Shown here: piece by piece, positions 56,503 through 64,000 of the stretch
How the letters are laid out: each line of letters opens with the position of its first letter
Numbering within the stretch: position 1 is the stretch's first letter
DNA from: an uncultured Aquimarina sp.
GTDB lineage: Bacteria > Bacteroidota > Bacteroidia > Flavobacteriales > Flavobacteriaceae
DNA length: 64,000 nt
Reading direction: 5' to 3'
NCBI GenBank assembly: GCA_947497175.1
Contig: CANMFM010000009.1
Span: forward strand, 36,348 to 100,347
Position numbers and translations under genes: made by a program
Notes under the pieces: generated by a model
What the model was told of the DNA's origin: nothing
Seen by the model: only the letters and a program-made list of their open reading frames with translations
The model's database searches: none

Positions 56503-58065
56503 TTATTTGTTGTAATATCCGCCAAGATACGTACAATCTTTCAAATCTTGAGCACAGGTATAAGTAACCGGAGTTTTACCGTATTTAAAAGATTCTTCAA
56601 GAGTCTTGGTCAATTCGCCATCATCAACATTTAAATCGATATCCTGCATAGTAAATTGACAAGGATGTTCATATCCTGCGGCGTGTGTAATTTCTATAAA
56701 CTCTTTTCTAAATGTTTTAAAGTACTGCGCTAAGCGATCTGATTTTAGAGGGATATTAATTCCCCTTTGTAACCATTTGCTTTGTGTAGCTACACCACTG
56801 GGGCATCGGTTTGTATGACATACCTGTGCTTGTATGCAACCGATACTCATCATGGCTTCTCGAGCAACGTTTATACAATCAACACCCATTGCAAATGCCA
56901 TAGCAGCTTTGCCAGGAAATCCGAGCTTACCACTTCCAATAAAAACGATACGTTCTGTAAGATTATAGTTCTGAAAAATTTTATAGATTGCAGTAAAGCC
57001 ATAGACCCACGGCAAGGATACGTGATCAGCAAAGCTTGGTGGAGCGGCACCAGTGCCACCTTCGCCACCATCTATGGTTATAAAATCAGGGCCTCTGTTG
57101 CTTTTACTCATAAGTTCTGCCAGTAACTCCCATTGTTCGGTTTTGCCAATAGCGGCTTTAATACCTACAGGAAGCCCGGTTTCTTGAGCGATATCTTCAA
57201 TAAATTGTAATAGTTCTGGAACATTGGTAAAAGCTGTATGCGAAGAAGGTGATAGTACATCTTTGCCAACCTCAACGCCTCGTATTTTAGCAATTTCTGA
57301 AGAGATTTTTGTTCCTGGTAGCACACCTCCTTTACCCGGTTTAGCCCCTTGCGAAAGTTTAATTTCGATTGCCTTGATAAAAGGGTTTTTACTTACTAAT
57401 TCTTTCAATTTTTGCATTGAGAAATTACCATTTTCATCTCGAACTCCAAAATATCCTGTTCCAAAATGAAAAACAACATCTCCACCATTGCTGTGATAGG
57501 GAGAAAGACCACCTTCTCCGGTATTATGAAAAGCATTAGCTTTTTGCACACCAATATTTAGTGATTCTACTGCCCTGGCAGAAAGAGAACCAAAACTCAT
57601 GGCAGAAACATTAACAACAGAACCAGGACGGTATGGTTTTTTACGCTGGTTGTATAGCCCCATTACTTTGGCACAGGGAAGAAAAGTTTTATCCTTTTTA
57701 TTTGGATGGCCTTTTTCCATTTTAAAAGGAATCATGCAATTTTTTATAAAAATATGTTGATGCAAATAAATATCCCGATCAGTACCAAAACCTTCGTAGT
57801 TATTCTCATTTTTTGAAGAAGCATAAATCCACCCTCTTTCAATTCTGTTAAAAGGTAGTTCTTCCCGGTTATTTGCTACAAAATATTGTCTCATTTCTGG
57901 ACCAATACTCTCCAACATGTAACGCAGGTGTCCTACAACCGGGTAATTATGCCTTATGGTGTGTTCTTTACTAAAAAAAATATCCTTTATCGCTATGATC
58001 ACCAACGCAATAATAATCCACATCCACCATGGTATTGAACTCAAAAAGTTGATACTATCTTCCAT
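56503..58065 (-). CDS. FMN-binding glutamate-synthase-family protein (GltB central-domain-like)
   Basis: N-terminal TM. ITIDGGEGGTGAAP and SGKLG..GKAAMAFAMGVD motifs are typical of the Glu_synthase domain. Confidence 0.85.
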   Translation of the reverse strand: MEDSINFLSSIPWWMWIIIALVIIAIKDIFFSKEHTIRHNYPVVGHLRYMLESIGPEMRQYFVANNREELPFNRIERGWIYASSKNENNYEGFGTDRDIYLHQHIFIKNCMIPFKMEKGHPNKKDKTFLPCAKVMGLYNQRKKPYRPGSVVNVSAMSFGSLSARAVESLNIGVQKANAFHNTGEGGLSPYHSNGGDVVFHFGTGYFGVRDENGNFSMQKLKELVSKNPFIKAIEIKLSQGAKPGKGGVLPGTKISSEIAKIRGVEVGKDVLSPSSHTAFTNVPELLQFIEDIAQETGLPVGIKAAIGKTEQWELLAELMSKSNRGPDFITIDGGEGGTGAAPPSFADHVSLPWVYGFTAIYKIFQNYNLTERIVFIGSGKLGFPGKAAMAFAMGVDCINVAREAMMSIGCIQAQVCHTNRCPSGVATQSKWLQRGINIPLKSDRLAQYFKTFRKEFIEITHAAGYEHPCQFTMQDIDLNVDDGELTKTLEESFKYGKTPVTYTCAQDLKDCTYLGGYYNK

Positions 58066-58176
58066 AGTTAAGCTACCTGATTTTTATTCGACAATCGAGA
58101 TTTAAATGCTCCGAGGCTTGCCTCGAAATCAAAATTATTTTTCAACCGATGCCTCATGGGCTTGCCCTGAGGTAGT

Positions 58177-59472
58177 TTATTGTGCATTTAGATAATCAAT
58201 GGTTAATTGCGACATCACTTTAACACCTAATAACAAACCACTTTCGTCTATATAAAAATCTGGAGTATGATGTGCGGCTGCCTTTTCTACCCCTTTAGAT
58301 TTTCCTCCTAAAAAGAAATAGAAACCTGGCACTACCTCCTGAAAATATGAAAAATCTTCACCTCCGGTAGTCGCTTTTGATAAGATTACATTTTCTTTAC
58401 CTGCGATACCTTGAAGAGTGGGTAGCATCTTTTTTACCAAATCGGGATCATTATAGGTGATTGATGTATTATTTTGAAATTCTATGGTCGCCTCTCCACC
58501 ATATGCTTTGGCAATAGCAGGGACCATCTCATTCATTCTTCTAATAATCAGTTCTCTCATTTTTGGATCCAGTGTTCTAACCGTCCCAATCATTTCTGCA
58601 CTTTCAGGTATGATATTAAATCGCACCCCACTCGTTATTTTACCTACTGTGATCACTGCAGCTTCTTTAACTAATGGTGATTCTCTACTAATGATAGTTT
58701 GCAGTCCATCAATTATTTTAGCCGAAATTAATACAGGGTCAACACCTGACCACGGAGCAGAACCATGAGTTTGTTTTCCTTTTACATTAATTACAAAACG
58801 TTCTACAGCGGCCATTGTACCTCCGGGCTTGTAGCGAATTTTACCGACTTCGGTACCAGAATTGATATGTAATCCAAAAATAGCATCTACATTCGGGTTT
58901 TTTAATACCCCTTCTTTAATCATTAGTTTTGCACCACCTTCTTCTCCAGGAGGCGGACCTTCTTCTGCAGGTTGGAAAATAAATTTAACCGTACCATTAA
59001 TTTTATCTTTATGCTTAGAAAGAATCTCTGCTACTCCCATTAATATAGCAACATGGGTATCATGCCCACAGGCATGACTAACGCCAACTTCGGTATCAAG
59101 AAAAGTGGTTTTTACATTTGATTTAAAAGGAACATCAACCCTTTCGGTAACCGGTAATGCATCTATATCTGCTCGTAGCGCAACGGTTTTTCCTTTATTG
59201 TTCCCTTTCAAAAGACCCACAACTCCTGTTTTAGCTACATTTTCTGTTACTTCAAGGCCAAGTTCTTTAAGATGTTTTGCAATTTTTTTTGCTGTTTCGA
59301 ATTCACGATTCGAAAGTTCAGGATTTTGGTGAAAATCTCTTCTCCATTCAATTACTTTAGCTTCTAACTTTTCGGCCATCGAATTAATCTCGGGATTAAT
59401 CTGTTGTGCTTGTATAGAACAAAAAGCAAATAATAGAATTAGAAATAAAATAGATTGTGTGTTTGTGTTCAT
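58177..59472 (-). CDS. M20-family amidohydrolase (M20D, hippurate hydrolase/aminoacylase-like), secreted
   Basis: Signal peptide. HACGHDTH metal-binding motif and PAEEG. Confidence 0.85.
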   Translation of the reverse strand: MNTNTQSILFLILLFAFCSIQAQQINPEINSMAEKLEAKVIEWRRDFHQNPELSNREFETAKKIAKHLKELGLEVTENVAKTGVVGLLKGNNKGKTVALRADIDALPVTERVDVPFKSNVKTTFLDTEVGVSHACGHDTHVAILMGVAEILSKHKDKINGTVKFIFQPAEEGPPPGEEGGAKLMIKEGVLKNPNVDAIFGLHINSGTEVGKIRYKPGGTMAAVERFVINVKGKQTHGSAPWSGVDPVLISAKIIDGLQTIISRESPLVKEAAVITVGKITSGVRFNIIPESAEMIGTVRTLDPKMRELIIRRMNEMVPAIAKAYGGEATIEFQNNTSITYNDPDLVKKMLPTLQGIAGKENVILSKATTGGEDFSYFQEVVPGFYFFLGGKSKGVEKAAAHHTPDFYIDESGLLLGVKVMSQLTIDYLNAQ

Positions 59473-59477
59473 CAGGT

Positions 59478-60041
59478 TTAGAAATTAATAAGTCTATAGT
59501 TTTCGTTTTGTAGTTGTACCAATGCGGTCATGGCTGATAGTGCATATTGAACCTCTGGAAGTGATTGTGTCTTTGTAATCTTACGATATGCTGCAGTTTG
59601 ACCGCATAAAATTATTTGAACTCCCTTTTCAGATAATGCAGATACCAGTTTTGTATTTGGATTATCTATGCCATATTTCGTTTTGTAGTTCTTGTTATTT
59701 AAAATATCGTGTGCAGCGCTACCATGAATGACCATAGCCACTTTTAACTTTTCAAGAGAAACACCTGCTTCTTCGTGCATATTGAGAAATCTTGCTGCCG
59801 TATTGATAAGGGGATTGACCTTTGAACTATCCGCAAAGGTTCTTCCGATATCAAATACAACCTTTAAGTTATTGATAGTATCAGTTTTATACTCTGGATT
59901 TACTACTGTAAAGGTCTTACCGTACTCTGTTATTACGTTACCCTTTTTTTGAGATAACATGAGGAACGGTACTACAAAAATAAAATACGTTGCTAGTTTG
60001 CTTTTCAAATGTTTTGATTTTTGGTTTCTAAAGATATTCAA
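59478..60041 (-). CDS. DsrE/DsrF-like family protein
   Basis: VAMVIHGSAAHDIL...VQIILCGQTAAY...ALSAMTALVQLQNENYRLI pattern. The stop is 6 nt from the upstream gene's start. Confidence 0.6.
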   Translation of the reverse strand: MNIFRNQKSKHLKSKLATYFIFVVPFLMLSQKKGNVITEYGKTFTVVNPEYKTDTINNLKVVFDIGRTFADSSKVNPLINTAARFLNMHEEAGVSLEKLKVAMVIHGSAAHDILNNKNYKTKYGIDNPNTKLVSALSEKGVQIILCGQTAAYRKITKTQSLPEVQYALSAMTALVQLQNENYRLINF

Positions 60042-60089
60042 AAATCTATTAAAGGAAAGTTAAAATAAAGCCTAGAAATTTTTATATGC

Positions 60090-60124
60090 AAAAAAAGCAT
60101 ACTATCGGTTAACTGATAGTATGC
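60090..60124 (-). terminator. Rho-independent terminator after the metzincin gene
   Basis: On the minus strand, stem GCATACTATC/GATAGTATGC is followed by T7. Confidence 0.75.
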
Positions 60125-60148
60125 TTTGATATCTTTGACAATAGTCTT

Positions 60149-63013
60149 TTATTCTTTGATAAACTTCCCTACAGGTTTGTTATTGATCAAAAGAATGTAC
60201 AACCCATTTGATAATTCTGATAAATTTAATTGAGAAACAGGGGACGATTTTAATAATATTTGACCCTGAATGTTTACAACTTGCACATCATAATCATCTA
60301 TTGTAAACCCTTCAATATTTAAAAGGCCATCTGATTTTACTGGATTAGGATAGTATCTATATACTTTAGTACCTCTAATTGCATTTAGCATAGACTCGTT
60401 TACTGCAAATTTTTCTGAAATAGCATTGCATCCCGCATCATTAAACACTTCTATCTGATACTCTCCACTTTGTAAGGGTTGATAAGAAGCCAGATTTGAA
60501 TCCTCTATCGGAGTGTTATTATAATACCACTGGTATGATGAAAACTCAGAAGAAATGGTTAAGTTCTGATTTTGACTTACAAAAATGCTCGGTATACCGG
60601 GGTTTTCTGATACGATAGCATTAACTTCTGTTCTTGTCGTTGTAATACAGTCGCCAATTACACCTTCTATATAATATGTTTTTGATGACGTAAGTGTCGG
60701 AGTCTCAAACCTATCTCCTGTAGCTATTGCTGTACCTCCGTTTGGGGTATCATACCAATTAAAATTACTATTTCCAGATACGGTTATAATAGTAGATTCT
60801 CCACTACAAATATTTTGGTCAGATGCTGTGGGTTGATTAATAGATTGTGCTACTTCAACTCTAACTTCAGTTCTTGTAGAAGTAGTGCAATCTCCAAGAA
60901 TACCTTCAACATAATACGTCTTAGAAGAAGTGAGGGTAGGGGTTTCATACGTGCTTCCTGAAGCTATACTTGTACCCCCAGTTGATGTATCATACCATCT
61001 ATACTCGCTATTTCCAGATACTGATACTGTAACTGATTCTCCACTACAAATCCTTTGATCAGATGCCGTTGGTTGATTTGGACCGGGAGCAACATTTACA
61101 GTTACTTGTGTTCGGGTAGCGGTGGTACACCCTCCAATTACTCCTTCGATATAATAGGTTTGATTAGAAGTAAGCGCAGGAGTTGTATAGGTTGCTCCAG
61201 AAGCTATAGGGTTACCCTCTGTCGGAGTTGTATACCATCTAAAATCACTGTTTCCGGTAACTGATAACGTAATCGACTCTCCGCTACAACTATTTTGATT
61301 TGAAATAACCGGCTGATCTGGAGTTCTTACCGTGATAAAATCAAGTTTCACTTCAGTATCACTACCCGAGTCATTAGTTGTGGTTAATGATACGGTAAAG
61401 TCACCTTCAGTAGTATATGTATGTGAAGGGTTTTGTTGTGTAGAGGTTTGGCCATCTCCAAAATTCCATAAATATGAGTTTATTCTGTTTGTTGAAGTAC
61501 TTGTAAATTGAATTTGTGTACAATCCTGTGAAGCCTCAAATTCTGATAAAGGTGGGTTGTTATCATCTCCGGGAATATAGCTTCCAGAAATAGTATAGTT
61601 ACCCAAGGATGAAAGATCAGAATATCCGTTATTTACATTTCCTTCGCCTACACCATCAATCTCAATAAAATAAATACCCTCAGTAAGATTTTGTGTTATG
61701 GATGCCGAAAGTCCTGCAGGATCTGAAATAGCTACCTCTTGACCAAGCTCGTTTAGGATTCTTGCTTGTATATTTAAGTTAGGATAATCAGGGTCTGGTT
61801 CAAAAGAAAAAGACACAGGACCGGTTTCTATGGCAAAAGTAAAAACATCTTGATCATCTCTTGTGCTTATGAGTCCAAAATTCTGACTAGCACTTACATT
61901 TCCGGCCGGACTCACTTTTATTGATGTAGCGGTATTAATATCATCACCGTGATCATCATCCTGAAACCCCACTCCATTTCTACTATTCGCGATAATGGCT
62001 ACATCATCTTGCCCGGGATTAGAGGCGCCTTCATATTCTCCGGCACTCCAGTGTCCTATGGGTTTGCTAGCACTCCATCCCATAATGGGACTCCATTGCC
62101 CATGACCGCGATAATATGTTGTAGATCCTTTTCCGTGATGTCTTAGTCCTAATGTATGACCTACTTCGTGTGATCCAGTCTCTCCGGCAGCTCGTATCGA
62201 TAAATTATATACCCAACATGGATTATTGTTATTAGCAGAAAATGAATTTATATAGGCTACTCCACCAGATTCCGGAGCAGCGTCTGTAGTAGGAGTAAAA
62301 ATGCACATCATTCTACGGTTTCTGGGGGCCGCATCAAAAAGATCTCTACGTGTGGTAACATTTAGATTAAAAGGGCGAAAATCCTCGGCCATGATTTTCC
62401 ATATTTCTGTAATCTGTGCATTTGTATAATTTGGAGACTTTGCATCTATAGTTGCGCCCGATAACCAGCTCGTATTAGAAACTACCTCACCATCAAAGTC
62501 TAAGTATATAATGCCAGTTGCGCCTGGTAAACTTTCAAGTTGTGGCGCTGCCATCGCTATTGATGATGATTTTCTTGATATTCTTTTTTGTTCAGGAGTT
62601 TTTTCCAGGTCTACACACAGAATCGAGTCAATGTTTTTGGGTTTAATATATACCTTTCCATCATCTTCAGAATATAAAGAATACGCTTCTTTAGTTTTAG
62701 GCAAAACAATAGACCCTTCAAGTTTGCCATTTATTTCTGAAAAAGTAAATGAGGATAATTGCTCCCCATTAACATCTCCTATTAAAGTAAGTGTTTGATC
62801 AAATTCCTTTTTTACCTTAAGATTAAAAGTGAAAGATTGACCGGTACTAATTTTTAGTGCAGCAGATTTAGATTTTTTTGAATTGAGTAGAGTATTTATA
62901 AATGTTTTTTGATTCTTTGATATTAAATGGGGTTCGCCTGATTGTGCATTAGCAACATGAGCATTAATAAGTATAAAGATTAGAAGAAAATACTTCAATA
63001 ATTTCTTTCTCAT
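60149..63013 (-). CDS. T9SS-secreted metzincin (reprolysin/M12B-like) with PKD domain, three tandem Ig-like repeats and Por C-terminal sorting domain
   Basis: HEVGHTLGLRHHG (HExxHxxGxxH). PKD motif WNFGDGQTSTQQNPSHTY. Three ~78-aa repeats (CSGES..V.GNS.F.WY.TP.GG..IA.G..YETPTLTSSKTYY.EG..G.C.T.TRTEV). C-terminal YYPNPVKSDGLLNIEG...GLYILLI. Confidence 0.85.
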   Translation of the reverse strand: MRKKLLKYFLLIFILINAHVANAQSGEPHLISKNQKTFINTLLNSKKSKSAALKISTGQSFTFNLKVKKEFDQTLTLIGDVNGEQLSSFTFSEINGKLEGSIVLPKTKEAYSLYSEDDGKVYIKPKNIDSILCVDLEKTPEQKRISRKSSSIAMAAPQLESLPGATGIIYLDFDGEVVSNTSWLSGATIDAKSPNYTNAQITEIWKIMAEDFRPFNLNVTTRRDLFDAAPRNRRMMCIFTPTTDAAPESGGVAYINSFSANNNNPCWVYNLSIRAAGETGSHEVGHTLGLRHHGKGSTTYYRGHGQWSPIMGWSASKPIGHWSAGEYEGASNPGQDDVAIIANSRNGVGFQDDDHGDDINTATSIKVSPAGNVSASQNFGLISTRDDQDVFTFAIETGPVSFSFEPDPDYPNLNIQARILNELGQEVAISDPAGLSASITQNLTEGIYFIEIDGVGEGNVNNGYSDLSSLGNYTISGSYIPGDDNNPPLSEFEASQDCTQIQFTSTSTNRINSYLWNFGDGQTSTQQNPSHTYTTEGDFTVSLTTTNDSGSDTEVKLDFITVRTPDQPVISNQNSCSGESITLSVTGNSDFRWYTTPTEGNPIASGATYTTPALTSNQTYYIEGVIGGCTTATRTQVTVNVAPGPNQPTASDQRICSGESVTVSVSGNSEYRWYDTSTGGTSIASGSTYETPTLTSSKTYYVEGILGDCTTSTRTEVRVEVAQSINQPTASDQNICSGESTIITVSGNSNFNWYDTPNGGTAIATGDRFETPTLTSSKTYYIEGVIGDCITTTRTEVNAIVSENPGIPSIFVSQNQNLTISSEFSSYQWYYNNTPIEDSNLASYQPLQSGEYQIEVFNDAGCNAISEKFAVNESMLNAIRGTKVYRYYPNPVKSDGLLNIEGFTIDDYDVQVVNIQGQILLKSSPVSQLNLSELSNGLYILLINNKPVGKFIKE
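60590..61330 (-). repeat. Three tandem ~234-bp intragenic repeats (Ig-like modules of the metzincin)
   Basis: The repeats are visible at protein level. Recurring strings such as ACCTTCAACATAATACGT / ACCTTCTATATAATATGT / TCCTTCGATATAATAGGT show them at DNA level. Confidence 0.6.
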
Positions 63014-63273
63014 TTTTGTGGGTTATTTAGCATTAATTTTTTTGGTTCTGTAAGTTGGTATTCTTCTAATTACTTGATTTTCGCATGGTATAGGTTACGT
63101 TAAGGTATTCATATGAATTTACTAACGACTAAAGATTAAATATCTTGTATTGTAAAATGGTTAAGACGTATTTTGTTAACAAAATACGTCTCCTACCAAA
63201 AAATAAGAGTTTTAAAAAAAAAACTCGAATTTTGTTATATCAATTGCATAGGGTATTGATGTTGGGGTAAAAA

Positions 63274-63561
63274 TCATGTAATACTTATGATTCTCTCTAA
63301 GGGTATAATTGTGGATTGTTTTAGTATAACCTCTTTGTCAGTTATACCCCATATGGTAGTTTCTACTTTTTTAAAACCTTGATCATCTACAAAAATGATT
63401 CGTACTTTTTGATGTTCGAGATTGCCAAGTGAAAGTGCTCTTTGAAGTTCTAAAAAACGATCGATCTGATCTTTTCTTTTGTTTAAGACATCTTTTTTAG
63501 GAAACTTCAATAATTTGATCTGTTCTTTTTCAATAATTTGTACATTCAAGTTTGGGGCCAT
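63274..63561 (-). CDS. Small hypothetical protein
   Basis: 95-aa ORF with plausible composition. Confidence 0.45.
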   Translation of the reverse strand: MAPNLNVQIIEKEQIKLLKFPKKDVLNKRKDQIDRFLELQRALSLGNLEHQKVRIIFVDDQGFKKVETTIWGITDKEVILKQSTIIPLERIISIT

Positions 63562-63913
63562 AGTGTTAGATTTGGTTACATTTTTAATCGTATAAAAATT
63601 GATTTTAGATTTAAATTTTTCATAAATATATTAATTTTATCTTAAAATAATGCTTTTTATCTATTTTTTTTACTTTTAAATTGATATTACGTAAGAATAA
63701 ACCTTCTTTTTTAAAGATTTGATATTTTCGTTTTAAATTCAAAAATCGGGCGTTCACCTGGTATTGCCTCCAAATTCAAATTAAGATCAAACTGATTTTT
63801 TACAGGGTTTTAAGAGTAAAAGTTATTGACTAAGATTTGTTCACAAAAAGAGCTGATTATGGTTTTAAAACCATCATTCTTTGCTTAAATTTCACTTTTT
63901 AAAAATTGTTACA

Positions 63914-64000
63914 TTGGAAGAATATTTAGCAGAGTTAAATGACGCACAGAGGGCACCTGTTCTTCAGAAAGATGGACCCATGATAGTAATAGCCGGAGCA
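63914..64000 (+). CDS. UvrD/PcrA/Rep-family DNA helicase, N-terminus (3' end outside window)
   Basis: (L/M)EEYLAELNDAQRAPVLQKDGPMIVIAGA is the conserved helicase N-terminus just before the GSGKT Walker A. A TTG start at 63914 is assumed. Confidence 0.6.
   Translation, partial: MEEYLAELNDAQRAPVLQKDGPMIVIAGA

Overview
This is a low-GC chromosome segment of Bacteroidota/Flavobacteriia type, judged from T9SS C-terminal sorting domains, many lipoprotein signals and frequent TTG/GTG starts.

- **Left flank (1-19.5 kb):** ordinary genes. These are the gyrA 3' end, a TPR protein, pheT, a TlpA-like oxidoreductase, pta-ackA, a T9SS-secreted endonuclease I, an orphan 653-aa membrane protein, an AraC/GyrI regulator and an OafA-like acyltransferase.
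- **Right flank (50.6-64 kb):** also ordinary. These are recG, an M1 aminopeptidase, patatin, a GltS-like FMN protein, an M20 amidohydrolase, a DsrE-like protein, a T9SS metzincin and the uvrD/pcrA 5' end.
- **Centre (clear from about 28.9 to 49.1 kb, degenerate remnants down to about 24.2 kb):** a run of almost exclusively minus-strand, mostly small or unknown-function genes. They are separated by 67-190-bp imperfect palindromes that begin ...AAC and end GTT... on the + strand.

The key observation concerns the ends of these palindromes. For 13 consecutive units, the ...AAC flank at one end of a gene unit is the reverse complement of the GTT... flank at the other end of the same unit, up to 2.9 kb away. 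It is not the complement of its partner within the same palindrome. That is the signature of integron-type circularisable gene cassettes (attC R''/R' boxes RYYYAAC / GTTRRRY). Several stop codons sit inside the R'' box.

No integrase is visible anywhere in the window. Where intI/attI would be expected there is a GC-rich 41-bp x 9 tandem hairpin repeat and a divergent 256-aa helical protein of unknown function.

No rRNA, tRNA or CRISPR was recognised. Hand-located motif coordinates may be off by 1-2 nt.
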